DNA of 64,000 nucleotides from Bacteroidota bacterium (lineage in GTDB: Bacteria; Bacteroidota; Ignavibacteria; UBA10030; CAVZMI01). The number at the start of each line of letters is the position of its first letter. Within the stretch, counting starts at the first letter, position 1. The DNA lies in NCBI GenBank assembly GCA_050011775.1, contig JBEKIL010000003.1, positions 154,224 through 218,223 of the forward strand, given 5' to 3'. This document shows positions 10,596 to 20,837 of the stretch, in pieces. The position numbers and the translations under genes are program-made. A model generated the notes under the pieces. That model had not been told where the DNA came from. It did no database searches and worked only from the letters and a program-made list of their open reading frames with translations.

Positions 10596-12575
10596 ATGAA
10601 ATCAATCCGTTACTATGTTGTGCTTTTTCTGGTAATTGATCTGTTGAGCGTTGTGGTTCTTTTCGCTAAACCGCATCCAAAAATAGTTTTTATCTCCAAG
10701 CCGATAACAATTGCACATGTTGGGGTTTTGTACAGTTATGACGCAGAGGCAAAGAGCTCCGATTCGGCTGAAACTATAACGTACAAACTTCTATTCCCAC
10801 CGACTGGAATGACGATCGACAGTGTGTCGGGACTTATTCAATGGACTCCGGTGCACAAGGGGTATTTTTCTGTCATGATTCATGCTCGTGGAGATAGCGG
10901 AGGGTCCGGGAATCAATCGTTTGCAATTCGCGTGCTCGACGCCGTCGGAACAATTTCAGGGCAGGTCGTCGATGCCGTAACGCTACTTCCAATTCCATGT
11001 GTAACTGTCCAGCTATTTCCATCCAGCAAGTATACCATTTTAAGCTTCATTGGAATGCCTGTCTTCGGCTATAGTGGTGTAACCGACGACCTCGGTATGT
11101 ATTCTATCTCGAATATTGATACCGGAGTGTATTATGCCCAGGCCGTCAAGGGATGGCGAATTTCCTGGACACTATTGCCCTGGGATCAATATTTACCGGT
11201 CTGGTGGAAGAACTCTCCTACTATCATCGGAGCGGATCCAATTAACATCGTTCCCGATTCCACGATGACAATCAATTTCCAGATGAGAAAAAGAGTAATA
11301 CCACAGAAGATTACGATATCCGGTACGGTAACCGACAGCAGCGGAAAGCCGATCAAGCATGCATTGGTGATTGTCTCAAAGGTTAAGCCCGAACCCGATG
11401 ATCTCGACGAGAATGATGAAGAATCGGCATCTCCGGCTATGCCCGATCTCGGGGAATCGACATGGGGGAGGATCGAAGACGCGTGTGGAAACGGACTTAC
11501 AGATTCCAACGGGGTCTATTCGGCACAGGTATTCGCCGGATTCACTTATATTGCGTCGGCATACGCAAAGGGGTATGTGATTCAATTTTATAATGGGAAA
11601 GTCAATGTACTCGAAGCGGATCGATTTACACCTGCCAACGACACTACGGGAATTGATTTTTCGCTGACCCCGGTACCAAAGGCGACAAGTCTGATTTCGG
11701 GTTCGGTACAGGACAGCAACGGGCAGGGGGTTGTCTCACGGTTGATTCTATTCCCGGCACGGAAACCGTACATTGGGCCGGGCCGGACTGTAAGCACGGA
11801 CTCGAACGGGAATTTCCAATTTGAAAATCTGTATGATGGGAAATATCTTCTGATGGCGGTTCCTTATAAAGAATATTTACCCGCGTTCTACAAGAAAGAT
11901 GCTTTCGGAGTCTGGAATTGGAAAGAAGCCGATACTATTTCGCTTGCCGGACAGGAAACCGGTCTCATTGTTGGTGTGGTGAAAAAACAAAATCAGGGAG
12001 CCGGTTTTGTGCATGGAAGAGTTCGCACAAAAGACGGAAAGCCTGTTGAAGGAGCGATAGTCTATGCAGTACTTCAGCCGAGCGGGGTGAGGGTAAATTA
12101 TGCTGTGACGGGGGCCGATGGTTCCTATGATCTTGGCGGACTTCCACCGGCTGACTACACGCTGGTAGCCGATAAACCCGAGTTCGTAGCAACAGGGACC
12201 GCACAGGCTGCGATTGATTACATCAACGGCGGAGGTGCAGTTGTTCCTGATATCACGTTTGAAGAACTCACGGCGGTTGAACCCGGTGGTGGATCCGGAA
12301 GTGCGATTCCAACGGTAATTGCATTGTATCAGAATTATCCGAATCCATTCAATCCGTCGACGCATATCCGATATGATCTCCCTCATGATGCACATGTATT
12401 ACTGAAGGTGTTTAACATAATCGGCCAGGAAGTGGCGCTTATTCTCGACGGGAATCAAGTAGCGGGAAGCCATACCATCGAGTTCGATGCATCACAATTG
12501 CCGAGCGGGATATATTTCTGTAGAATGCAGGTTGAGAAATCGGTCATAACAAGAAAAATGATAATAATGAGATAA
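10596..12575 (+). CDS. secreted protein with carboxypeptidase-regulatory-like (Ig-like) repeats and T9SS C-terminal sorting domain
   Basis: Signal peptide. Repeated ...GSVQDSNG / GTVTDSSGKP... beta-sandwich modules. C-terminal YQNYPNPFNPSTHIRYDLP...GIYFCRMQ... matches the T9SS Por-secretion tail. Confidence 0.8.
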   Translation: MKSIRYYVVLFLVIDLLSVVVLFAKPHPKIVFISKPITIAHVGVLYSYDAEAKSSDSAETITYKLLFPPTGMTIDSVSGLIQWTPVHKGYFSVMIHARGDSGGSGNQSFAIRVLDAVGTISGQVVDAVTLLPIPCVTVQLFPSSKYTILSFIGMPVFGYSGVTDDLGMYSISNIDTGVYYAQAVKGWRISWTLLPWDQYLPVWWKNSPTIIGADPINIVPDSTMTINFQMRKRVIPQKITISGTVTDSSGKPIKHALVIVSKVKPEPDDLDENDEESASPAMPDLGESTWGRIEDACGNGLTDSNGVYSAQVFAGFTYIASAYAKGYVIQFYNGKVNVLEADRFTPANDTTGIDFSLTPVPKATSLISGSVQDSNGQGVVSRLILFPARKPYIGPGRTVSTDSNGNFQFENLYDGKYLLMAVPYKEYLPAFYKKDAFGVWNWKEADTISLAGQETGLIVGVVKKQNQGAGFVHGRVRTKDGKPVEGAIVYAVLQPSGVRVNYAVTGADGSYDLGGLPPADYTLVADKPEFVATGTAQAAIDYINGGGAVVPDITFEELTAVEPGGGSGSAIPTVIALYQNYPNPFNPSTHIRYDLPHDAHVLLKVFNIIGQEVALILDGNQVAGSHTIEFDASQLPSGIYFCRMQVEKSVITRKMIIMR

Positions 12576-12825
12576 AAAGAAAACATCAATTTTCCCAACG
12601 GGTCCGCAACCCTACGGGTCAATTTAATTGTCAAATCCCAAGCTGAAGAGGCTGAGCGATATCCGATTCAATAATATCAGCTATCAACACTTGGGATTTG
12701 CTATGTAAATATGTAGTAGCAGAATTCATAAAAAACAATGAAGGATATCTTGCATTAGAAGTGGACACTCGCTACATTATCTTCGATAAAATTCATCTGT
12801 CATCCATAATCATATTTAATTTCCT

Positions 12826-13287
12826 TTGACAGACCGAATCAAAATCCGTATTGCCCGCGTCTCGCAGTCCCGACGAAACCCGGATATCCCGCTTCCAGCC
12901 TATGCCACGGAAGGATCGGCGGGAATGGATATTTATGCTGCAGTTGAAAGCGATATCGTTATTCCACCGGGTGAGACAGCTCTTATTCCCACGGGTTTTT
13001 CCATCGAATTACCTCAAGGGCTCGAAGGACAGATCAGACCCCGGAGTGGACTTTCCATTAAACACGGAATCGGAATTCTCAATGCTCCCGGCACAATAGA
13101 TTCCGACTATCGCGGCGAAGTAAAAATCATCCTTACGAATTTTGGGAAACAATCTTTCGTCATTCACCGCGGCGACCGGATCGCGCAGCTCGTTGTCGCT
13201 TCCTATGATCGTGTGGAATGGATAGAAGTTGAGAGACTCGATTCGACCGACCGCGGAGTGGGGGGATTCGGTCATACAGGACAGTAA
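12826..13287 (+). CDS. dut: dUTP diphosphatase
   Basis: dUTPase motifs ([14 protein letters not shown] ... [29 protein letters not shown] ... GDRIAQLVV). TTG start. Confidence 0.92.
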   Translation: MTDRIKIRIARVSQSRRNPDIPLPAYATEGSAGMDIYAAVESDIVIPPGETALIPTGFSIELPQGLEGQIRPRSGLSIKHGIGILNAPGTIDSDYRGEVKIILTNFGKQSFVIHRGDRIAQLVVASYDRVEWIEVERLDSTDRGVGGFGHTGQ

Positions 13288-13299
13288 GCAGAGGATTGC

Positions 13300-13983
13300 A
13301 TGGCGGGAATACTCTATCTCATTCCAACACCTATCGGTAATTGGGAAGATATTACAATCCGTGCGTTACGTCTCTTCAAAGAAGTCGACCTGATCATATG
13401 CGAGGAATTTAAGGAAGGTAAAGCCCTCTTAAGGAAAATCGGATTCGAAAAACCTCTCGAGAATCTAAACGAACACAATGTTGTAGAAGCAACGAAAAGA
13501 ATCATCGGGCATCTTCTTGATGGAAAATCAATAGCCCTGGTCTCTGACAGCGGCACTCCGGTTTTTTCAGATCCGGGGGCTGAGCTGGTTCAAGCCGCCA
13601 TTCATCATAACGTTCGCGTTGTTCCCTTACCCGGGGCTTCTTCACTCTTGCCGGCGCTCGTTGGATCAGGATTTTCGCTTGATTCATTTCTTTTTGTCGG
13701 GTGGCTTTCACCTAAAAAGGAAATAAGGAGAAGACAGCTGCTTGCCATCAAGAATGAACGGCGGACGTCAGTGATTATGGATACCCCATATCGGTTAAGG
13801 GTTGTGATGGATGATATGATGTCGATTCTCGGTCCGTCGCGTGAAGTCTCGATTGCATTTGATTTAACTATGCCCACCGAACAATTTCTCCGCGGACCCC
13901 TAGGAAAAATCGCCGGCGAAATTACTGCAAAGAAAATGAAAGGCGAATATGTGATCGTTCTTCATGGAGCAAAAGTAAAATAA
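13300..13983 (+). CDS. rsmI: 16S rRNA (cytidine1402-2'-O)-methyltransferase
   Basis: Tetrapyrrole-methylase-family N-terminus (MAGILYLIPTPIGNWEDITIRALRLFKEVDLIICEE ... SDSGTPVFSDPG), typical of RsmI. Confidence 0.88.
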   Translation: MAGILYLIPTPIGNWEDITIRALRLFKEVDLIICEEFKEGKALLRKIGFEKPLENLNEHNVVEATKRIIGHLLDGKSIALVSDSGTPVFSDPGAELVQAAIHHNVRVVPLPGASSLLPALVGSGFSLDSFLFVGWLSPKKEIRRRQLLAIKNERRTSVIMDTPYRLRVVMDDMMSILGPSREVSIAFDLTMPTEQFLRGPLGKIAGEITAKKMKGEYVIVLHGAKVK

Positions 13984-14077
13984 TATTTGTTAGTAAGATG
14001 TGGTTCGGGTATCTTCGGAAAAATAGACATAATTAAAGATTACATTCCTTGCTGTTCGCAAAGAAGTTATCTATATT

Positions 14078-15130
14078 TTGTTAGAAGGGTATCATTTCAT
14101 AAGGAAAGCCATGGTCGAATTCGGTACAAGGTCAGTTCGGGCACCTGAGATTTATGGAGATTTCTGGTTCAATTCTGAACCCCTTCCGCTCGGTGCGCTG
14201 CGAGGACAGATTATTCTAATCGATTTTTGGGATTATAGCTCTGTCAACTGTCTTCGGACGATTCCCTATGTAAAAGAATGGTATCACCGATACCACGGTT
14301 ATGGTCTTGTCGTGATTGGTATTCATGCACCGCAGTTTCCTTTCGGACAGCAGCCCGGGAATATCCAGCGTGCTATTGAACGGTTTGGTATTCAGTATCC
14401 TGTGGTCATGGATAATCAGCAGCTTATCTGGGGTCGATTCAGAAATCGATATCTTCCGGCAAAATATCTTATCGATAAAGACGGTTTCATACGCCATGTG
14501 TTTGTCGGTGAGGGAAATTATATCACACTGGAACATTCACTCCAGTCCCTCCTGATCGAAACCGGTTGCTTCGAACCGCTCCCGCTCCCGATGGAGCCGC
14601 TCCGCGATACAGATCGTCCGGATGCTCTCTGTTATCGGGCGACACCGGAACTACAGACCGGATATGTCCATGGATGTCTCGGTAACAGCGAAGGCTATGC
14701 TCCGGAATCTACGGTGGAATATATAGATCAGCATCAATACATTGAAGGACGTTTTTATCTTGAAGGTAAATGGCGGAGTTCGCGTACTGCCGTCGAAATG
14801 CGGGGTGAGAACAGAGAGAAAGGGCACATTATTTTTCCATATACCGCTGCCGAAGTCCATTGTGTCCTCCAGCCGGGTAGTATTAAGAGTATTGTTGAAA
14901 TTTTTCAGGATGAGTTGCCGCTCGATGAGTTGAATCGGGGAAGCGATGTGACGGTGGAGCCCGACCTGTCGAGCATAATCAGAGTCGATGAGCCGCGATC
15001 GTATTGCATCGTAAAAAATAAAGAGTTTGGTCCGCACCGCCTCCGGATTGAAACAACCTCGTCTGGTTTGATGATCCATTCCATTTCATTCATTTCCGCT
15101 GTTATCCCGGAATTAATCCAGGACAACTGA
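14078..15130 (+). CDS. thioredoxin-fold (TlpA/redoxin-like) protein with C-terminal extra domain
   Basis: Redoxin-like core (ILIDFWDYSSVNCLRTIPYVKEW...GLVVIGIHAPQF...KYLIDKDGFIRHVFVGEG). The usual CxxC is SxxC here (SVNC), so a single-Cys variant. Confidence 0.7.
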   Translation: MLEGYHFIRKAMVEFGTRSVRAPEIYGDFWFNSEPLPLGALRGQIILIDFWDYSSVNCLRTIPYVKEWYHRYHGYGLVVIGIHAPQFPFGQQPGNIQRAIERFGIQYPVVMDNQQLIWGRFRNRYLPAKYLIDKDGFIRHVFVGEGNYITLEHSLQSLLIETGCFEPLPLPMEPLRDTDRPDALCYRATPELQTGYVHGCLGNSEGYAPESTVEYIDQHQYIEGRFYLEGKWRSSRTAVEMRGENREKGHIIFPYTAAEVHCVLQPGSIKSIVEIFQDELPLDELNRGSDVTVEPDLSSIIRVDEPRSYCIVKNKEFGPHRLRIETTSSGLMIHSISFISAVIPELIQDN

Positions 15131-15315
15131 TGAAAACCTGTATAGCCGCTCTTTTCGGAAATAGGCATCCGGTTATTCATGCCGCTCTGGTCGGGACTTC
15201 CGGATATAATCTTGCTCCCACTTTATCAAACGTCAGCGGACTGATGGGCGCCTTTGACTTTAACATAGGCGTAAATGAAACTGGAATTGCTTAGAGAACA
15301 TATCGGATACCGAGA

Positions 15316-15738
15316 GTGAAAACACTTTTCAATATTATATTAATTATCATAATTATCCTTTTCTTAACTTCGTGCACCCGACAACAACAGGAAGAACAGA
15401 AGCCTTCATCGGATACAACTGCAAAAACGACACCGACTGCAGTGCAAGATACAACTAAATCTTCAACCAATAAATATATGACTTCTTCCCGATCAGGGAA
15501 ATCAAAAACTGTGGCGTCCGATACTCTAGTCGGAGAAATATATGTCGCCGGGAATGAACCTTTCACACGTTTAATGCTGTCGCTTGGACCTACAAAGAGT
15601 ATTAATCTCGAAGCGGATACAATGGTCCTAAAAAAACTCCGGAGAATGCAAGGGGAACGTATCAAGATAGTCGGGACAATAAAGAAATCTATCATGGGTA
15701 AGGCAATCGTGATTAAAAAATATCGGGTTGTCAAGTAA
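15316..15738 (+). CDS. small lipoprotein, unknown function
   Basis: Signal peptide with lipobox (ILFLTSC). Low-complexity Thr/Ser/Lys linker. 16 bp upstream of the metalloprotease gene. Confidence 0.5.
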   Translation: MKTLFNIILIIIIILFLTSCTRQQQEEQKPSSDTTAKTTPTAVQDTTKSSTNKYMTSSRSGKSKTVASDTLVGEIYVAGNEPFTRLMLSLGPTKSINLEADTMVLKKLRRMQGERIKIVGTIKKSIMGKAIVIKKYRVVK

Positions 15739-15754
15739 ATAAGGAGAATGTGCA

Positions 15755-18052
15755 ATGAAGAAACTTCTGATTATTATATCACTGGTACTCGGCTTTATTT
15801 CTCCGGTTTTTGCACAAAAGGCATATATGCCGGCTGCAGCTGAAAGTACGGCGAAAATCCAGCCCTCATATCCCATCGCAGGTTCTCATCTGCTCCACAA
15901 AGATTGGGAAATGCTCAGTCCGATCCTAAAGGAATATGCCCGGACGCACCCGCAGGCGCGAAGCCTGAGGAAAACCGCTTCATGGGATTTTAATGTCGGA
16001 AGCACGCATAGCTGGTACGCAACAGATTTAAGCGGTTCTAATCAACACGAATATCTGGTTCCATCGACATGCCGCGCTGTGGGGACTCACTGCTATATAT
16101 TTGTAGAAGATGCATCGTGGAATACGCGTGCAAACCAGGAAGTGGTAGATTCAGTAATGGCTGCTTTCGATTCAAGAACTCCTGCTGATCCCGTGAAGGG
16201 AATATATGAACTCGATACTCAATACTTTGGAGATCCGCTGGATATCGATGGCGATCCTAAGATCATCATTCTTATCCTGGATATTAAAGATGGATATTCC
16301 GGCTCGGGTGGATATGTCGCCGGTTATTTCTACAGTCTTAATGAAAATTACGACGAGGGTCTTCCAGCCGACCGTCACTCAAATGAAGCCGAAATCTATT
16401 ATGTCGATTGCAATCCTGCCGATTTAAAAACAGCCAGCGGCAGAACAAATGCAGAGTCGACAACCGCGCATGAATTCCAGCATATGATTCATTACCACTA
16501 CGACCCCGATGAGATTTCATTTGTTAATGAAGGCCTGTCTGAATCGGCCATGGTATTATGCGGTTATGCATTTGAAGGTGCGTCGTTGTACTATGCTAAC
16601 ACAAATGTGAATTTTCTCGGATGGAATAATAATAATTCGCTCCCTGAATATTCCCGTGCCGGGTTATTTACATGGTATCTTATCGAGCAATTTGGAACCG
16701 GTATTGCAAAAGATATAGTGCAAAGTGGATATCCGGGCAGCGTACTTCATGGAATGGACGGATATAACGATGGTTTATCCAAGGTAACGACATTACGATT
16801 TTTAGACGTCTTGAAAAATTTTGCCATTGCCGCAGGTTTGAATGACACTACCTATGATTCCAGGTATGGCTTTAAACGGATGAATATTTCAACCTATCCG
16901 TCATCATATCGCACATTTACTAATCCGAATGTTCCCGCGACCTATGATACACTCGAAGCATACGGAACCCGATACATCACTTTTTGGGGCGGCGACTCTT
17001 TAAACGCAACCTTTTCATATGACAACGCTAAGGCCAGCGTTCATGCCATTGCTAAAGGGAGTGCCGGGAAAAAAGTCAGCGACGTTGCACCGGATACTCC
17101 TTATCTTGAGAACGACTTTGGGCAAGGTTATGATAAAGTAATATTCGTTGTCACGAATATTTTTGGAAGTAAAACAATTTATCATTTTACGGCCAGCGGG
17201 ATAAGCGGGGTCCAGCAGCCTATGGAGATTGCATACGACGACGGGAATCCCGAGGGATACTTTACGTGGACAACGGGTGATTCTGTTACAGTACAGTTCG
17301 ATGCTGTCCCCGGCGCCATGCTCGATAGTATAAGAGTTGCCTTCCGACGAGCCGGCTCGTTATCATACGGAATCTGGAAATATTCGGGGGTAATGAGTCC
17401 ATCTCCGTTAGCTCAAAACTATGGCACCGGCACAATGATATGTACCGACAGTACACCTCCGTATCCATATCCGATTCCATATCAAAATTGGGTGAAGACG
17501 GATGTCTCCGGTTGGAACGTCGATCTCAATTATCCATTTGCCGTTGGATTTGCATTCGGAAGTGACGGAACGGCACCCGGCTTGATGATGAGCAAGGAAC
17601 CATATTCAGAGCCGCACTATAGTTTTTCATATTTCAAACCACAGGGTGGAACAACATATCAATGGTATGTCGTTGTAACCAACAATGCACAGGATAGTGC
17701 GGCGAGATATCTTGTCCGTGCGTATATCCATTATGTCACCAATGGAATTGCTAGCACGATCGTGCTTACTCCAAAGGTATTCGATCTTTCACAGAATTAC
17801 CCGAATCCCTTCAATCCCGAGACCAGCATTCGCTATGCAGTCCCGACGAAAAATCCCGTTCGGCTTTCGGTATACGATATGCTTGGCAGAGAAGTGGCTA
17901 TATTAATCGATCAGGTTCAGGATCCTGGCACATATGAAGTGAAATGGGATGGTAAAAATACATCGGGTCTGTCGGTTGGATCGGGTGTCTACTTCTACAG
18001 GCTGCAAGCCGGATCGTTTATAAAAACCAATAAGATGGTGCTGCTGAGGTAG
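15755..18052 (+). CDS. secreted gluzincin-type zinc metalloprotease with T9SS C-terminal sorting domain
   Basis: Signal peptide. HEFQHMIHY...NEGLSES is a thermolysin-like HExxH...NExxSE zinc-binding pattern. C-terminal LSQNYPNPFNPETSIRYAVP...GVYFYRLQAG...KMVLLR is a T9SS tail. Confidence 0.8.
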   Translation: MKKLLIIISLVLGFISPVFAQKAYMPAAAESTAKIQPSYPIAGSHLLHKDWEMLSPILKEYARTHPQARSLRKTASWDFNVGSTHSWYATDLSGSNQHEYLVPSTCRAVGTHCYIFVEDASWNTRANQEVVDSVMAAFDSRTPADPVKGIYELDTQYFGDPLDIDGDPKIIILILDIKDGYSGSGGYVAGYFYSLNENYDEGLPADRHSNEAEIYYVDCNPADLKTASGRTNAESTTAHEFQHMIHYHYDPDEISFVNEGLSESAMVLCGYAFEGASLYYANTNVNFLGWNNNNSLPEYSRAGLFTWYLIEQFGTGIAKDIVQSGYPGSVLHGMDGYNDGLSKVTTLRFLDVLKNFAIAAGLNDTTYDSRYGFKRMNISTYPSSYRTFTNPNVPATYDTLEAYGTRYITFWGGDSLNATFSYDNAKASVHAIAKGSAGKKVSDVAPDTPYLENDFGQGYDKVIFVVTNIFGSKTIYHFTASGISGVQQPMEIAYDDGNPEGYFTWTTGDSVTVQFDAVPGAMLDSIRVAFRRAGSLSYGIWKYSGVMSPSPLAQNYGTGTMICTDSTPPYPYPIPYQNWVKTDVSGWNVDLNYPFAVGFAFGSDGTAPGLMMSKEPYSEPHYSFSYFKPQGGTTYQWYVVVTNNAQDSAARYLVRAYIHYVTNGIASTIVLTPKVFDLSQNYPNPFNPETSIRYAVPTKNPVRLSVYDMLGREVAILIDQVQDPGTYEVKWDGKNTSGLSVGSGVYFYRLQAGSFIKTNKMVLLR

Positions 18053-18285
18053 ACATATGTAGTGACGTTGCAATGTTGCCCATCCCGACTTTCTGCCTGT
18101 GTCCGCCACCGTTGGATTTCGGCGGTCTATGAATCGAAGAGACATTTTGTCGGGATGGGTTTTTATTGACATTCAATAAATGATCTCTGGAGTGGCATAA
18201 GAAAAGAGGTTTCACGACTCCTAATTCAAGTGATAAAACACGTTGAATATCATCGAAAAAAGAAGTAATATTATTAAAATAAAGG

Positions 18286-19134
18286 ATGCCGATGGGCATA
18301 TTAAGTTTTCTAAAGCCGGGGAGAATTACATCGAAGTGGACTTTCACCGCCAAAGGCGTTATCTGGCGAGTTCTTTTTTCTGAAAATGGGGTGATTATAG
18401 GTGAAGACCGGGACGAAGAGGAAAAATCGCTCGTTTACTTCTGTCTCGACGAATTGAGCGGTAAAGTTCTCTGGCGTGAGAAAAAGTACGAAAAAGAATG
18501 GTGGAGCGGGATCGAAACGATCGACGGAAATACCCTCTTCATCCATGGTTATGCTTCGCCGGATATGCCTGAAAATAAAGGAATCGTTGCTCTCGATATT
18601 TTTTCAGGAAGGGTTCTCTGGGAAAATCCGGGCCTTCGATTGCTCTCGGCATATAAGGGCATAATTGTTGCCGAGGGATATTATTTTGGAAAAAGGATTT
18701 TCTGTCGGCTCGATTCAAAGAGCGGAATAATTCAGGAAGAAAGTGCAGATCGGAACAAATTTGATAATTTACATGATTTGGGAATCGATGAACGCCGCTA
18801 TACTTTTCCGGTAACGTTGATCTCCGGCGAAGGTGAACAGGGAAAAATTATTTATGAACATGTCAATACGGAAGAATTGATCGGAAGCGTTGAATTCATC
18901 GAACATGATGACATGCTTCTCTTCAATTACTATGAAAAAAATGTGAAATTGACTCAGAACCGGGATACCCTGAATAATTATTTCAAAATTGTCTCGATTG
19001 CAAATAAACGGTTAATATTTTCCGAGACGCTCAATACAGATGTCTCATATCCCGTGCCGGACGCATTTTTCTTTCATGATGAATTGTTGTTTTATATTAA
19101 AGACCGATCGATCCTTACAGCAGTTCGACTATGA
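18286..19134 (+). CDS. hypothetical protein
   Basis: 282-aa ORF with coding-like composition and no recognisable motif. Confidence 0.55.
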   Translation: MPMGILSFLKPGRITSKWTFTAKGVIWRVLFSENGVIIGEDRDEEEKSLVYFCLDELSGKVLWREKKYEKEWWSGIETIDGNTLFIHGYASPDMPENKGIVALDIFSGRVLWENPGLRLLSAYKGIIVAEGYYFGKRIFCRLDSKSGIIQEESADRNKFDNLHDLGIDERRYTFPVTLISGEGEQGKIIYEHVNTEELIGSVEFIEHDDMLLFNYYEKNVKLTQNRDTLNNYFKIVSIANKRLIFSETLNTDVSYPVPDAFFFHDELLFYIKDRSILTAVRL

Positions 19135-19147
19135 TGGAGAGCAGTCT

Positions 19148-19576
19148 GTGAGTGCCCTGCGGATTGTAACAGATTATATTTCGGTTTCGACGAAGGGGGA
19201 CACCGATATCATCGATATCACGGAACGCGTTGGCGCACTCCTCAAGAAACATAAATATAAAGAAGGGAATGCAACCGTTTTTGTCTCGGGTTCGACTGCA
19301 AGTGTCACGACCGTGGAGTACGAACCGGGACTCAGGGCCGATCTTCCGGAGGCGTTTGAACGAATGGCACCCGTTGCAAAATTGTACCATCATGATTCTA
19401 CCTGGGGAGACGGAAACGGGTACGCTCACGTACGCGCTTCATTGCTGGGGCCGACCCTCATCGTGCCGTTCTTAAAAGGTAAGCTGATGCTCGGAACCTG
19501 GCAGCAAATTGTCCTGATTGATTTTGATAACAGAAGTCGTTCTCGAAAAATAGTTGTTCAACTTATTGGAGAATAG
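19148..19576 (+). CDS. yjbQ: YjbQ/UPF0047-family protein (secondary thiamine-phosphate synthase-like)
   Basis: Conserved YjbQ core (DIIDITERV...GNATVFVSGSTASVTTVEYEPGL..DL...HHDSTWGDGNGYAHVRASLLGPTLIVPF..GKLMLGTWQQIVLIDFD). The tracked ORF starts at 19040 but overlaps the upstream gene. I chose the in-frame GTG at 19148, preceded by GGAGAG, which gives a family-typical ~142 aa. The start is uncertain. Confidence 0.65.
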   Translation: MSALRIVTDYISVSTKGDTDIIDITERVGALLKKHKYKEGNATVFVSGSTASVTTVEYEPGLRADLPEAFERMAPVAKLYHHDSTWGDGNGYAHVRASLLGPTLIVPFLKGKLMLGTWQQIVLIDFDNRSRSRKIVVQLIGE

Positions 19577-19584
19577 GAAGACTT

Positions 19585-20481
19585 ATGACACCAATCTCAG
19601 TATATCAAGTGAATGCGTTTACCGATTCGCCTTATGCAGGAAATCCTGCGGGCGTGGTTCTCGACGGCGATAAGCTCAGCAACGCACAAATGCTTGCTAT
19701 TGCAAAGGTTATGGACTTTTCCGAGACCGCCTTCGTGCTTCTGCCAACCGAACAGGGCGCCGATCTGAAGATTCGGTGGTTTACGCCGGAAGAAGAAGTG
19801 CCGCTGTGCGGACACGCCACGATAGCAAGTTTCTTTACGCTTGCACAATTCCATCGGTACAATATGCTGAAACCGGGAACATACAAATTCCGTCTTCAGA
19901 CAAAATCTGGGATTCTTCCTGTCACGGTCAAGATAGCAAAAAAAACGATCGTGTATTTCGGACTCCCAATACCAAATTTTATTCCCATGAAATGTCAGAA
20001 GAAAGATCTGGCGGCAATTCTGGGAATTCCTACTGAGGCCTTTCTTTTTAAAACGGCCGTTCCCTTTGATACTCATTTATATCTCGAGATATCACGGTTA
20101 CCGCTCCTTCTGTTGATGAAGCCGAATTTTGACAAAATGAAAGAATATTTCACAGCCAGGAAAATCTACGGAATGTGCGTATATACGAGAGAGACTGTCG
20201 AGCCGAACTCGGCGTTTCATTCACGGTTCTTTGCACCGACGGTCGGAATCAACGAAGATCCCGTGACCGGATCGGCTAACGGACCGCTCGGCGCACTCTG
20301 TGTGCTCAATAAGAAAATAAAGCCGACCAACGGCCGCCGGTTTATGATCGGTGAGCAGGGAGATGCAATAGGACGTTCCGGTCGTGTGCTGGTCGACATC
20401 CATGCGAAACGCGGGACAATAACGCGCGTCACGATCGGTGGGAAAGCGGTCGTGGTCAGCGAGCAAATGATCCCTGTGTGA
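19585..20481 (+). CDS. PhzF-family isomerase-like protein
   Basis: N-terminus MTPISVYQVNAFTDSPYAGNPAGVVLDGDKLSNAQMLAIAKVMDFSETAFV is the hallmark of the PhzF/DAP-epimerase-like fold family. Length ~300 aa. Confidence 0.85.
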   Translation: MTPISVYQVNAFTDSPYAGNPAGVVLDGDKLSNAQMLAIAKVMDFSETAFVLLPTEQGADLKIRWFTPEEEVPLCGHATIASFFTLAQFHRYNMLKPGTYKFRLQTKSGILPVTVKIAKKTIVYFGLPIPNFIPMKCQKKDLAAILGIPTEAFLFKTAVPFDTHLYLEISRLPLLLLMKPNFDKMKEYFTARKIYGMCVYTRETVEPNSAFHSRFFAPTVGINEDPVTGSANGPLGALCVLNKKIKPTNGRRFMIGEQGDAIGRSGRVLVDIHAKRGTITRVTIGGKAVVVSEQMIPV

Positions 20482-20837
20482 TCTCGATATGGCTATCTAT
20501 TGCTAATTAACCCAGCCACCTTGATGTTGTTGTTCTGATAAGGATTAGATTATATCACTAGTGCCCGGTCAACTATTATTCCCTATAAAAAAACAGGTCC
20601 TCCCGCTCTCCGAGCGGGATTCCAACTACTAAAAATAGATAGAATTATTTCAAAATATTAGTTGGAACGGCACTGGTAATGAGCGAATCCAGACATTGTC
20701 TGTCGAATCGAGTCGTACTATTATCTGCAATAAAAATCGAGATAGCCTTTACCTCATTCATCTGATAATTTGTCAGAAATTTTTTTGCTGAAATAATCCC
20801 GTAATACTCCGCCGCATTAATTTTTTAAGGAGCCTTC

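Noticed and set aside
19040-19147. Long form of the YjbQ ORF starting at 19040
   Set aside because: It overlaps the last ~95 bp of the upstream gene, and YjbQ-family proteins are ~140 aa. The in-frame GTG at 19148 with an upstream GGAGAG is more plausible. The start remains uncertain.
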